Below, one piece after another: positions 1 to 9,295 of a stretch of 64,000 nt of DNA (the first letter of the stretch is position 1; every line of letters starts with the position of its first letter). The notes below the pieces were generated by a model. The model did not search any database. It was not told the origin of the DNA and saw only the letters and a list, made by a program, of their open reading frames with translations. The stretch is from a virus (lineage: Duplodnaviria > Heunggongvirae > Uroviricota > Caudoviricetes > Demerecviridae): the IMG/VR virus record IMGVR_UViG_2974655256_000001, positions 20,530 to 84,529 of that record. One strand, 5' to 3'. A program made the position numbers and the translations under genes.

Positions 1-105
1 GGAAAGGGCAATTGTTAAAATGTTAACTTTTGTTTGCGGCGTGTCTAGTGCTGCAATGTTGATCACGCTAGTGATTATGGTTATCCGTGATGCGAGGATC
101 ATTTA

Positions 106-450
106 ATGGTTATTTATGGGGGTAATCGCTTTGTTACTAATTGCCGTCCGGCATTATTAGCAAACTATTTAAATCAGCTTTCACCAGTTTATAAAGGCGT
201 AGTTAATATCTATGAAGGCAAAGCACATTATAAGATTAATGCCGTTGTCGCTCGCGAGCTTGCCTTCCAGTTTCTTACTTTTGGCGCATGTGATGTACAG
301 GTTATGGGTGAGCCATTAGTAGCAGAAAATGAAAATGAATTTATTGACATTTTCCGCAAAGTATGTACAGAGCGCCTGATTATGAAGGGCGCGTATATTC
401 AATCAACCGCTGATAGTATTGAAACAGCGTTTCGGGAAATTGCACAATGA
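106..450 (+). CDS. hypothetical protein (114 aa)
   Basis: ATG ORF; 4-nt overlap coupling with next ORF. Confidence 0.55.
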   Translation: MVIYGGNRFVTNCRPALLANYLNQLSPVYKGVVNIYEGKAHYKINAVVARELAFQFLTFGACDVQVMGEPLVAENENEFIDIFRKVCTERLIMKGAYIQSTADSIETAFREIAQ

Positions 451-647
451 CTAAAGATGAAGCGTTAGAAAAAATGAAACAAGGTTTCAAAGTTAGTAAT
501 CAATATTTTACTAGCGATGAATTTTTGTACATGAAAGAAAACGGCGTGATCATGTCAGAAGATGGTTACAATTTTAATGATTGGTTTTTCAATATTCGCA
601 AGGGTGAGGAATGGAAGCTAGACGGTTGGAGCGTTTACCGTGAATAG
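447..647 (+). CDS. hypothetical protein (66 aa)
   Basis: ORF coupled ATGA to upstream gene. Confidence 0.5.
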   Translation: MTKDEALEKMKQGFKVSNQYFTSDEFLYMKENGVIMSEDGYNFNDWFFNIRKGEEWKLDGWSVYRE

Positions 648-773
648 CTGGTGGCGTAAAACACAAAGCCATAAGTCTAATAATACCGCTGGGAAACATT
701 CCCAGCGTTTACGATTTGGTAATGGCTTTACAATGATATTGATAATCATTCTCATTCTAGGAGCGATGGCGTT

Positions 774-968
774 ATGAGTGATAAAATTGTTGTAACTAAA
801 ACTACTGTTACCGTTGATACTTTCTTTGTGCCTGATACGCTGGAAAATCGGCAAGCGGTGGAGCGTGGCGATTATGATAAAGTGATTTATGATAACGATG
901 GTTACTATCAACATTTGGTAGACTCCTACGGAGAAAGCGAAAAGATCACACATCGACTACCAGACTAA
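774..968 (+). CDS. hypothetical protein (64 aa)
   Basis: ORF followed by hairpin terminator at 975-1003. Confidence 0.5.
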   Translation: MSDKIVVTKTTVTVDTFFVPDTLENRQAVERGDYDKVIYDNDGYYQHLVDSYGESEKITHRLPD

Positions 969-974
969 TAATAA

Positions 975-1003
975 CGGGGCGCAACTATCGGCCCCGCCTT
1001 TTC
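975..1003 (+). terminator. rho-independent terminator
   Basis: CGGGGC...GCCCCG stem followed by TTTTCT. Confidence 0.6.
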
Positions 1004-1141
1004 TAGCCTTCCTCAAATTTCCCCTTATTAAAGTACCTCCTCCAAAAATAAACGCGTTAGAATGAGTTACAGAGCGTTTTAGAGCTATATTAGAGTTATT
1101 CACTACGCAGGAATACTGTATAAATATACAGTAGAATAACC

Positions 1142-1150
1142 TGTTGATAA
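1142..1150. promoter_or_regulatory. DnaA-box-like site TGTTGATAA
   Basis: 8/9 match to DnaA box consensus. Confidence 0.35.
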
Positions 1151-1214
1151 GTCTGTTGAAAACGCCTCAAAATCGCTAGGATTTTGTCAAGTCAAATCGT
1201 GCTGTTAATAAACC

Positions 1215-1223
1215 TGTGGATAA
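1215..1223. promoter_or_regulatory. DnaA box TGTGGATAA
   Basis: perfect TTATCCACA reverse complement. Confidence 0.5.
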
Positions 1224-1254
1224 CTTAAATAACAGTGTTTCTCACTTCCCTTTC

Positions 1255-1415
1255 TAAATGCGAATCATTCTCATTATGCAACTCATTCTCATTATGCAAC
1301 TCATTCGCATTCAACTCTGTAAATGATAATCATTATCATTCCGCTTTCTAAGCGCGAATAATTCTCATTCGCATTCAACTTCTCAAATGCGAATCAATCT
1401 CATTATCATTCACAT
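1255..1415. repeat. degenerate direct repeats GCGAATCATTCTCATT / TCATTCTCATTATGCAAC
   Basis: at least 6 copies of CATTCTCATT-like units seen directly. Confidence 0.6.
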
Positions 1416-1423
1416 TTCGGCAG

Positions 1424-1456
1424 GCAGGGCATTTTCATTTTTGCCCTGCGCTTTTG
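1424..1456 (+). terminator. hairpin terminator-like
   Basis: GCAGGGC-loop-GCCCTGC then GCTTTTGTG. Confidence 0.4.
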
Positions 1457-2055
1457 TGCAAATCCGACATTTGCCCCCATGGATTACGTGCTGGCGTGTA
1501 TGTGCGAATCCGACAATTTTTGGTAGTGTGCAAATCCGATGGGAAATATTTTTATAGTGTGCAAATCCGACAATGAATTTTCCTAAAACTCGGGCAGACT
1601 CGTGCTGCGCACAAATCCAGCCGTATATGTGCAAATACGACATGAAATTTCTAGGAATCACATGTGCGAATCCGACAAGATTTTTGTGACTTCGATTGGA
1701 GGGTGTGTGATTGTGTGGGTTTGGGGAGAAGTGCGAATCCGATGAGATTTTGGGAGGAACTACGGAAGGAGCAGCGGTGATGGTGCTTTAGCACCGGTTT
1801 GCTGCGTTTTTGGGGATAATGCGGGATGTTTTGGCTAGAATTGAGATTAGGGGAGATTATGCGAAATTTTATTAGCAAAATGGGGCAAAATAGCTTGACA
1901 AGTGAAAATTCCTGTGGCTCTAAAAACTCAGGCAAATATGGGCCTTCGGCCCGAAATAATGCTGCTATTTTCAGGAGAGTAAGAGTTCATGAAAACTTAG
2001 GCAATTGTGCAAATCCGACCATAAATTTCTAGAAACACAGTGTGCAAATCCGATA
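1455..2055. repeat. dispersed direct repeat array, about 11 copies of (T)GTGC(A/G)AATCCGA(C/T)A
   Basis: copies near 1455,1500,1528,1558,1607,1627,1663,1730,2000,2041; irregular spacing; resembles T5 injection-stop-signal region. Confidence 0.6.
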
Positions 2056-2096
2056 GTAATTTCCAGAAATGTGTTTTGGAAAAATGTCTCCTAGAA

Positions 2097-2137
2097 ATAA
2101 CCGCCCTCCCTATAACCGCCCTCCCTATAACCGCCCT
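2097..2137. repeat. tandem repeat ATAACCGCCCTCCCT x2.5
   Basis: seen directly. Confidence 0.6.
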
Positions 2138-2513
2138 GTATAGAAAACCGGCCTAAGATATGTGACGTTGGTGAGAAACTGCCCTAGAATGCGTGGGTTT
2201 TCCTAGAAACTTAGGAGTCTAGAAGAAAGTGTTGTGCCACCCTAGCAGATGAGAGGCAACCGGTGTATCATCTTGAACACAAATATTGCCTTTAAATATA
2301 TTCGTATGTTTTAAAAGTAAATGATCCCCCATTTCATGTGAGATTCCTCGTGGGGCGCGTGAGTATTACGGAAGAACTCTAATATTGGCCCGCGCTAAGA
2401 CTAGTCGCTATAGCACAGACGCAAATAGAGTTGTAATAATCATCGCCCCTAGAGTTCACAATAAGAGTTATTGTTAATCTATGAGATTATTATAACATAC
2501 ATTTCTAATAACG

Positions 2514-3260
2514 TCAAGAAGATTTTGCTAACGTTTTTGGATTCTTCTTGGCTTTGAGATATATCCCTTTAGATGCTAGGTAGATGTATGTTGCTAGGAA
2601 TGAAGATTCTGATCCTGATTCCTCATAGGTTAACGTGCCTTTAGGATATTTATTTGTTTTAGGAGCATAGTTAAGCACAGCCGCAGTTAATGAACCTAAT
2701 CCTAGAACATCTGCAAGACGTTTAAAGGTATTCTCTTCATCATGGATGGCATACAGAATATTATCTTCGATATCCGTAAGAGGAATATCACGAACGTGAG
2801 ACACTGCAATCCGTGCTATCATAGCTCCAATTGTTTTATTAATATCCTCGAAAGAAACACTCTCCATATATTTTAAAGGAGGAAGATGATCATATTTGCA
2901 TTTCTTAGGTGGAATAAGAAGTTGCTCAGGATACGCCCCTAGTGCCTGTCGAATGCTTGCTTCTGGGAAGGTTGGCAAAGGTTCGTCAATAATAACGTGT
3001 AAGAAATTAGCTCTATGTCCTTTAGCAGTTGGATCTAAAGACTTGAGTACTTTATTCATATCCACGTAAGCATACGCTAGGTCTGCTTGGGGAGCGTTAA
3101 TATCAAACTTAATCTTCTTACCTTCCCATTTAGCAGGGAACATCTCACAAACAAACATTACTGCGTGTTTAACATCAGGCTCTAGCTCTGACAGACATTT
3201 GTGATCTGCTGTTGCTGCTAGAGCGAGGATATTCTTAAATTTATTAGCTTCTTCAATCAT
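2514..3260 (-). CDS. hypothetical protein (248 aa)
   Basis: long ORF, first of minus-strand early block. Confidence 0.6.
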   Translation of the reverse strand: MIEEANKFKNILALAATADHKCLSELEPDVKHAVMFVCEMFPAKWEGKKIKFDINAPQADLAYAYVDMNKVLKSLDPTAKGHRANFLHVIIDEPLPTFPEASIRQALGAYPEQLLIPPKKCKYDHLPPLKYMESVSFEDINKTIGAMIARIAVSHVRDIPLTDIEDNILYAIHDEENTFKRLADVLGLGSLTAAVLNYAPKTNKYPKGTLTYEESGSESSFLATYIYLASKGIYLKAKKNPKTLAKSS

Positions 3261-3598
3261 ATATCGGATGCCTGTTGACTTGTATCACTAACTTGTGTCT
3301 TTTTCTCTCTTCGTGGTTTAAAAGTTCCTGTGGTATTACTTTTGCTAGGCTCTAGTTTATACCACAACATTCCTAGTTGGTTTACCATATGAGCAACATT
3401 TCTAGGGGTTAGCGGAGGTAAGGTTTCACTATTTGATATGGCTAGTAACACTTCAAACAGTTCCGCCCATTTAGCCCTATTCGATACTACCACTACATAC
3501 TCTAGGGTTTCTACTTCAGTGTCTGCATCTTGGTGATAAGAACTAAGGGTGACAATATCACCCCCAGCACTAGATATTTTTGTTTTACCAACTATCAT
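3257..3598 (-). CDS. hypothetical protein (113 aa)
   Basis: ORF overlapping neighbour by 4 nt. Confidence 0.55.
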   Translation of the reverse strand: MIVGKTKISSAGGDIVTLSSYHQDADTEVETLEYVVVVSNRAKWAELFEVLLAISNSETLPPLTPRNVAHMVNQLGMLWYKLEPSKSNTTGTFKPRREKKTQVSDTSQQASDI

Positions 3599-4203
3599 TA
3601 ATTAAAACCCTTACTATTAGTCAGATCAACAAGAGCTTCCATAACTGCATCAGCAAAGCTCTCATTCCTACTAGATGGTGTACTCAGGTGAATAGTATAT
3701 GAGTTCCTAGAAACTCTGGCATCCGCAGGTGCTACGCTTCGCATATCAGATTCGAGAGCTTCTTGAGTATGTTTCAATTGTACAGAAGGACTGCAATCTT
3801 CCCCAAACTTATATGATTGCGTATTACTTACCACGCCACCACACGGAACATTGTGCATATCCGACATTAATCTTTTATCAGAATTAGTTAGTGCAGTAAT
3901 ATGCCAAGGGTCATTACGAGGAATAGTTGTAGTACTCGGGCGGTTCACTTCAGTCTTCACGAGTTTGTATCCTGCATCGATCAGTGCATTAATCAGATTA
4001 TCAGCCGGGATGCGAGCTGTGCCAAAGATCTTACGAGCATTCATGAGCTTAGCCTGAAACTCTTTGCAAGCCTGAAGATCAATGTGCAAAAACGACAGTT
4101 GCATAGATTTAAACTGTACTGTAGCAGTCAGATCTTTAAAGCTGTAATCCCATGTGTCGAGTTCATGATCTGCAACTACTTTAATGGTTTGTTGTGTAAA
4201 CAT
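3598..4203 (-). CDS. hypothetical protein (201 aa)
   Basis: ORF abutting neighbours. Confidence 0.6.
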   Translation of the reverse strand: MFTQQTIKVVADHELDTWDYSFKDLTATVQFKSMQLSFLHIDLQACKEFQAKLMNARKIFGTARIPADNLINALIDAGYKLVKTEVNRPSTTTIPRNDPWHITALTNSDKRLMSDMHNVPCGGVVSNTQSYKFGEDCSPSVQLKHTQEALESDMRSVAPADARVSRNSYTIHLSTPSSRNESFADAVMEALVDLTNSKGFN

Positions 4204-4388
4204 TATCTATTCTCCAGTTTATCTAACAGCTTACGAGCTGCGATATTATGTTGTTTAATTTCTCGGTTAAGAATCTGATTCTCACTATCTAATTCTAGAT
4301 TCTTAACGTTAAGGCGACTGCAAATCAGTATCAGCCCCAGGATTGTCAGGAGTGACACGCCAAGTATTACTAGTAATAAGGTTTCCAT
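4203..4388 (-). CDS. small membrane protein (61 aa)
   Basis: N-terminal TM helix; overlaps next ORF by 80 nt. Confidence 0.35.
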   Translation of the reverse strand: METLLLVILGVSLLTILGLILICSRLNVKNLELDSENQILNREIKQHNIAARKLLDKLENR

Positions 4389-4857
4389 CGTTTTTCCTCA
4401 ATTCTTGTTTTAACTTTTGATCTTTATTATACCAAATTATATGCTCACCGTCAACTACAAATTTGTGGAAAGGTGCTGGTACGGTGTACACTCCATATTC
4501 TGTTAAGCGTGTCACAACTTTATGAGCACATAATCGGCAACCGTGTCCTTCTAAGTGAGACCGTGCAGTTTGCAAGAAGTAGCCATCATGATCTGGACAA
4601 TAGATCTCAACCTGCTGTTGCATTGTTCTATACTTAACTCTTTCATATCCAAAGAACTTACCATGTGCTTCTACAGCTCTTCTAATAAAGATAAGATTAA
4701 GTGCATCTTGCTGGAAGTCTGGATGAAGTTGTTTGAGCTTAGTTCTATTAATAGATCCATCTGATTTAGTGAATCTATTTACGGGGAATTGTAGTGCTTC
4801 CTCATAAAGTAATTCGTTTATTTTATCTCTCATAGTATACACGAAAGGCCAGAACAA
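4309..4857 (-). CDS. hypothetical protein with Cys/His cluster (182 aa)
   Basis: CPDHDG...HLEGHGCRLCAH motif. Confidence 0.55.
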   Translation of the reverse strand: MFWPFVYTMRDKINELLYEEALQFPVNRFTKSDGSINRTKLKQLHPDFQQDALNLIFIRRAVEAHGKFFGYERVKYRTMQQQVEIYCPDHDGYFLQTARSHLEGHGCRLCAHKVVTRLTEYGVYTVPAPFHKFVVDGEHIIWYNKDQKLKQELRKNDGNLITSNTWRVTPDNPGADTDLQSP

Positions 4858-4877
4858 TTAAGTTCTGGCCTCTAGGA

Positions 4878-5261
4878 TTAGTGAAGTTGCTTGCCGTTTA
4901 AGGCCATATCAGCAGTTTCCAGAAGAGATTCAGTAATCTCACGAGAAACTAGATATTCATCAATTGAGTGGCGGCGTTTATAGGCATAAGCATTAACAAT
5001 CAGATCTAGAGCACCAAGAACATCATGAACAGTTACTTCTTCATCATTATCTAGCTCTTCTTGGGTAATCTCGATTAACTGGCCAACTGCCATTAAAAGC
5101 CCAAGAATATCTGCTGTTTCACCTGCCACCAGCGGATTAGCACATCCTACTGTAAGATCGAAAGCATGATTGACAATTGACTGCCCATCAACGCTTCCTT
5201 CCTCAATCTGCTTCTCCAACTGCTTCATCTGCTCTAGCACTGGATTTTTCTTTTGTGTCAT
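4878..5261 (-). CDS. hypothetical acidic protein (127 aa from internal ATG)
   Basis: AGGAAA RBS before ATG at 5261; longer ORF to 5327 lacks RBS. Confidence 0.5.
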   Translation of the reverse strand: MTQKKNPVLEQMKQLEKQIEEGSVDGQSIVNHAFDLTVGCANPLVAGETADILGLLMAVGQLIEITQEELDNDEEVTVHDVLGALDLIVNAYAYKRRHSIDEYLVSREITESLLETADMALNGKQLH

Positions 5262-5670
5262 GGTAAAGATTTCCTGTATCAGTTGGAAGGAATGCCGATT
5301 GTGCCTTCGGCGGATGTTGTTTAGCAATCCAGTTGAGGATCAGTACACGGCTAGGGACGATATCGGTATTATACCAGAAGTCATGAACCCAATGTCGTGC
5401 ATCTTCGAACTTACCGAACTTATATGCTTTCTTAAACAGTTCAAAACCAAAACAGTCAGGTGCAAAATCTACATCACGATAAGGAATTACCTTAGAACCA
5501 GTGAGATCTTGAATCGCTGCGTTAATCTCTGTATGCGAGAACTTCGTTTCATGGAATGTATTGAAGAAGCGATAATTGAAGCGTCCATTTGTTTCGACAA
5601 ACAACTGAATGAATAAATCATTAAATTGGCCATCAAACCAGTAATTCTGTAATCTTTGCAGTGCTGTCAT
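5203..5670 (-). CDS. hypothetical protein (155 aa)
   Basis: ORF. Confidence 0.55.
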   Translation of the reverse strand: MTALQRLQNYWFDGQFNDLFIQLFVETNGRFNYRFFNTFHETKFSHTEINAAIQDLTGSKVIPYRDVDFAPDCFGFELFKKAYKFGKFEDARHWVHDFWYNTDIVPSRVLILNWIAKQHPPKAQSAFLPTDTGNLYHDTKEKSSARADEAVGEAD

Positions 5671-5867
5671 TTACGAACTCCATTTATTGCTGCGATAACG
5701 CCTTCATACATGAAAGGAAGAACTTGTGAAATGTGGAAATCTTGAACTGTCCAACCAGCTTCTTGATACATAATGTTAATGATTGCACAACTTAACATAA
5801 AAGCTGGTAGAATTATAAAGTAATCCCACGTTGCTTTCTGCAAGTTAGGGTTATAAAAATTAATCAT
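5667..5867 (-). CDS. small membrane protein (66 aa)
   Basis: hydrophobic segment. Confidence 0.45.
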   Translation of the reverse strand: MINFYNPNLQKATWDYFIILPAFMLSCAIINIMYQEAGWTVQDFHISQVLPFMYEGVIAAINGVRK

Positions 5868-5967
5868 CTATTTTTAAGTCTCCGTATTACTTTGGCCTGC
5901 TCAACGATTATGAAAACGGCAACCACTAAACCGAAGATTAGGATTGCCGTAACAGTTGTTAAATCAA

Positions 5968-6300
5968 TCAAGGCAGACGCCAAACGTAATGTGCTGTCCA
6001 AAGTGTTTCTGGTTCATCATCATGATGCATCACTAGGGACTCTGGAGAATAACTATTAGCCAGTTCTTTACGAACCATCTCACGTTCTTCACCAGTTTCA
6101 ATATTTTTAACAATCACTCTCATATTAAGAGGAGTTAGCTCAGAAAGCGGTCGCCATAAGTCTTCCAGATCTGTTTTAGTTTTATTCTGGATGGATTGCA
6201 AGACTTCTAGTGTCTGAGGATCTACATTAATAAACCCACGTTCAGTAACAAAACCTAGAAACTCGTCCAGCAGGGTTAATTCACTAAAATTAAGCTTCAT
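5968..6300 (-). CDS. hypothetical protein (110 aa)
   Basis: ORF. Confidence 0.55.
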   Translation of the reverse strand: MKLNFSELTLLDEFLGFVTERGFINVDPQTLEVLQSIQNKTKTDLEDLWRPLSELTPLNMRVIVKNIETGEEREMVRKELANSYSPESLVMHHDDEPETLWTAHYVWRLP

Positions 6301-6535
6301 CTTTCAGAATATCCTCGATCATGTCAGAAGATTGCTGTAGTTCGTCTACAATGCGTTTAACGTCAGTTTTTGTCACTTTACCAGCCAACATCGTGAACAG
6401 CATTGCAACGATGATGATAGGAACTGGCAGAACAAACAGTGCTACTTTACCAACGTTCTTCGGGGTCCAGGTATGATACTTAGTAACCAGAACACCAACA
6501 ATAACCAGATAAAAAGCTAAGATAATTAACATCAT
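6290..6535 (-). CDS. membrane protein (81 aa)
   Basis: two TM segments. Confidence 0.5.
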   Translation of the reverse strand: MMLIILAFYLVIVGVLVTKYHTWTPKNVGKVALFVLPVPIIIVAMLFTMLAGKVTKTDVKRIVDELQQSSDMIEDILKDEA

Positions 6536-6813
6536 TTCTTAATCTCCGTGATTACCTGAGCGCGCAGGACTTTAATAGGAAGTTTAGTGTTACCAACAAG
6601 AGTTTCAATATTCGTTAGCTTTTCTTTAAGAAGATCTGAGCGTCTTTGTGCTAATTCGATATCTTCTTCCTGTTCAACGAGACGTTTAACTAGCCCATCA
6701 TTGGTGAGGCGCATCCTATCCATATTTTTATTAGCATTAATAATGCCAATGATTCCGCCAATTGCTGCTAAAGTCGTGAGAACCAGCAATCCAATTAAAA
6801 TTTCTGTAATCAT
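6532..6813 (-). CDS. TM + coiled-coil protein (93 aa)
   Basis: N-terminal TM, heptad-rich C-terminus. Confidence 0.5.
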   Translation of the reverse strand: MITEILIGLLVLTTLAAIGGIIGIINANKNMDRMRLTNDGLVKRLVEQEEDIELAQRRSDLLKEKLTNIETLVGNTKLPIKVLRAQVITEIKK

Positions 6814-7208
6814 TTAAATACTCCGTTGCCACATTCAATATATGGGCTTATAGTTCTATAAAACGTGATTTTTTCTAAAGATTGGTCAATTGATTTACAA
6901 AATCTTTTGGCCTCTTCAATTTGATGCTTTATTTCTTCCAAGTCTTTCATAACGTGTGCATCTTTTACTTCAGCACCGGAATATTTTGAGAGAGCTATAT
7001 CAAACTCTGCTTGATTAAGCACAAGGTTTGCTTCTGCGAGCATTTTATTACGTTTTGCTTGTTCTTTGACTTCCGGGCTAATGTATACTTGTTCAAGAGC
7101 TTCTTTCTTCTCATGCTGATTAAGCATAAAGTCACTAACACCGAGTGTGATAGCTAAGGAAACTAGGGCATTCAACCCTAGTACAAGTAAGAATTTTCCA
7201 TTAGTCAT
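6810..7208 (-). CDS. TM + coiled-coil protein (132 aa)
   Basis: N-terminal TM; coupled starts. Confidence 0.55.
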   Translation of the reverse strand: MTNGKFLLVLGLNALVSLAITLGVSDFMLNQHEKKEALEQVYISPEVKEQAKRNKMLAEANLVLNQAEFDIALSKYSGAEVKDAHVMKDLEEIKHQIEEAKRFCKSIDQSLEKITFYRTISPYIECGNGVFK

Positions 7209-7477
7209 TATTTCTTACCTTTCAGTTGCTTAACTTCACGCTCAAAAGATGCTGCACGACGTTCGGCAGTTGCTTGATGCTCTTTCGCAAAACGTGCTTC
7301 CTGTTTTGCGAGGTTGAATGCCATAGCATTCTTGTTCAGAGAATCGTACATCTTTTTCATTGCCGGAATAGACATCTTCATGAGCTGACCTTCAAAACCC
7401 TGCATATCGAGGAGAATTGCCAGAACGTTAGCCATTTCAGTTTTAGTCATGTTTTCCATTAGAATTTCCTCTCTCAT
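7208..7477 (-). CDS. hypothetical protein (89 aa)
   Basis: ORF directly downstream of promoter 7492-7520. Confidence 0.55.
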   Translation of the reverse strand: MREEILMENMTKTEMANVLAILLDMQGFEGQLMKMSIPAMKKMYDSLNKNAMAFNLAKQEARFAKEHQATAERRAASFEREVKQLKGKK

Positions 7478-7491
7478 TAATTTATGAACTT

Positions 7492-7520
7492 ATTATACAG
7501 AATTTTAAAGCTAAAAGCAA
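7492..7520 (-). promoter_or_regulatory. T5-type early promoter (TTGCTT-17-TATAAT)
   Basis: reverse complement reads TTGCTT, 17 bp spacer, TATAAT. Confidence 0.6.
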
Positions 7521-7537
7521 CTGAATTTTTTATTTAC

Positions 7538-7969
7538 TTACCAATCGTTAACGAAACCTGAGAACTCAGAAGCAAATACTAACTCAAATTTCTCAGCAAT
7601 TTCAGGATGATCCTTACAGATCAGTTCGATGCACTTCTCAGGTTCCATACCATCTTCTTCAGGATCACCGTAATACTTGTCCCAAAGATCATCAGGAATA
7701 ACTTGCTCAGCTAGATCTTGGAAGTTCACTAACTGATAGCGTGGAGTATCCTCATTAATAAAGATCTCATGCAATTCCTCAGATACTTCTCCCTTATAAT
7801 CGGAAATTAGCAGAGCATTGCAAGCAAAACATTCCCACATCATCAAACGCTCAGAAATAGGGTTCGATTTGTCTTGAACATAGGACTGAAAGACTGCCTT
7901 AAAAGTAGCTTTAACTTGCTCAAACTTATCAGCTGTTGCGATTAAGAGTGCTTTATCAATCTTTTGCAT
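7538..7969 (-). CDS. hypothetical acidic protein (143 aa)
   Basis: ORF with promoter and GAGAAGGA RBS upstream. Confidence 0.6.
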   Translation of the reverse strand: MQKIDKALLIATADKFEQVKATFKAVFQSYVQDKSNPISERLMMWECFACNALLISDYKGEVSEELHEIFINEDTPRYQLVNFQDLAEQVIPDDLWDKYYGDPEEDGMEPEKCIELICKDHPEIAEKFELVFASEFSGFVNDW

Positions 7970-7999
7970 TTTGATTCCTTCTCATCAATTTATAAAGTA

Positions 8000-8029
8000 A
8001 TTATACAGAAAACTAAGCATTTTAGCAAA
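8000..8029 (-). promoter_or_regulatory. T5-type early promoter (TTGCTA-17-TATAAT)
   Basis: consensus -35/-10, AT-rich upstream. Confidence 0.65.
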
Positions 8030-8036
8030 TGAAGTT

Positions 8037-8138
8037 TTAAAATAAAAGGCCTAAGCCTAGGCCCGTAAAGAAAGAGATAAGAACTACTATCCCTATTGCT
8101 ATAAATATCTCACGAGCCATGCCATCAAAATCAAACAT
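8037..8138 (-). CDS. possible 33-aa hydrophobic peptide
   Basis: GAGGGGA RBS 7 nt before ATG; start overlaps stop of upstream gene; below ORF-track size cutoff. Confidence 0.25.
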   Translation of the reverse strand: MFDFDGMAREIFIAIGIVVLISFFTGLGLGLLF

Positions 8139-8721
8139 TGATATCTCCCCTCAATACCGCTGCCACATCTTCATCGATTTGGAGTACTTCACCAGTAGTG
8201 CAGTTAACCACTTTATCATAGCTTGTGAATTTGCCAGACACAATATCCTCTAGAGGAATAGGAGTCTTGCTCATCTCAAAAGAGACGTTGATATAACGTG
8301 GGTCACGCACAGAATTAGTGTGCACATGTCCGTGAATGTTTAGCCTACCACGAAGTTCTGCTTCGTGCAATGGACAATGTGACAGCCAAAACTTCTTGCC
8401 ACCACCTGTTTGCTTACCTAGAGCCTGAATATCATCATAAACGTCTACAAGATCTTTAATATGCAGACCCTGACGCTCAGCATCGTGGTTTCCCATAATT
8501 AGTTGGTTAGGCACGTTGTGGATAACCGACTTCAACTTGGCCAACCCTTCTCGCCCCACGGCACTATCTCCTAGCAGCACAAGTTTTGTACGCTTGCCAA
8601 TGTGCTTGGACAAAGTATCTAGGATATACTCATCGTGCTCTTTCATGTTCTTAAACCAGGGGCGAAAACGAAGAATCCCTGGGTGGTCTAAGTGGAGTTC
8701 ACTCCAGAATTTAACTTTCAT
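8131..8721 (-). CDS. calcineurin-like metallophosphoesterase (196 aa)
   Basis: GDSAVG, GNHD, GHVH motifs. Confidence 0.7.
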   Translation of the reverse strand: MKVKFWSELHLDHPGILRFRPWFKNMKEHDEYILDTLSKHIGKRTKLVLLGDSAVGREGLAKLKSVIHNVPNQLIMGNHDAERQGLHIKDLVDVYDDIQALGKQTGGGKKFWLSHCPLHEAELRGRLNIHGHVHTNSVRDPRYINVSFEMSKTPIPLEDIVSGKFTSYDKVVNCTTGEVLQIDEDVAAVLRGDINV

Positions 8722-8927
8722 TATTTATTCCTTACACATGTGGATGTAATAGTATAACTATCGTAGAATATACCTTTTGTGAGTCCAATTTGAATACTGG
8801 AATAATCTAGCTCACCTCCAGCTACATCACATAAGTGTTTTGTATCTTCTGCAGTAAATCTCATATTATCGTCGTAGGAATCACATCCAGCTAGTATTAG
8901 TACTGATAATAGTAGTAATCTCTTCAT
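8721..8927 (-). CDS. putative lipoprotein (68 aa)
   Basis: signal peptide with LAGC lipobox. Confidence 0.55.
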   Translation of the reverse strand: MKRLLLLSVLILAGCDSYDDNMRFTAEDTKHLCDVAGGELDYSSIQIGLTKGIFYDSYTITSTCVRNK

Positions 8928-9295
8928 TACAGAACTTCCTCCGCATATTTATTCCAACCCTGACAATAACTACTAATACCACGAAGTTTGAATATTTCAT
9001 CATAAACCTCATGGTGCTCTTTCGCTTCTTGGTAGCCTTTGTCAACCTCTTCCTGTCGTGCTTGTTCAAATTCAACACGATTCTCTAGCATCTTCCAGAC
9101 TTCTTCGTACTCTGGCCAATCATGCTCTACTACGACTGTTTTAAGATCCTCTTTACCACGTTGTGCTCGACTATACCATAGTTTGGACAAGATATGCTCC
9201 AAAGTAGTAAAGTTACTTTGAGTGATATGCCCTAATTCTATGGCTTTCTCAATATCAGATAGCTTTATAACTACATAACGTTCTTCACGTTCCAT
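8927..9295 (-). CDS. hypothetical acidic protein (122 aa)
   Basis: ORF. Confidence 0.55.
   Translation of the reverse strand: MEREERYVVIKLSDIEKAIELGHITQSNFTTLEHILSKLWYSRAQRGKEDLKTVVVEHDWPEYEEVWKMLENRVEFEQARQEEVDKGYQEAKEHHEVYDEIFKLRGISSYCQGWNKYAEEVL

Noticed and set aside
1410-2032. ORFs 1410-1661(-), 1651-1935(-), 1826-2032(+)
   Set aside because: They lie wholly inside the repeat arrays. Low-complexity translations, no RBS.
1455-2055. Possible CRISPR array
   Set aside because: The repeat units are degenerate (GTGC[A/G]AATCCGA[C/T]A) and the spacers vary from 15 to 270 bp, which fits binding-site repeats rather than CRISPR.
8721-8927. T5 Llp (FhuA-blocking lipoprotein)
   Set aside because: It is a lipoprotein, but the sequence does not resemble Llp as I recall it, and Llp sits beside the receptor-binding gene in the late region.
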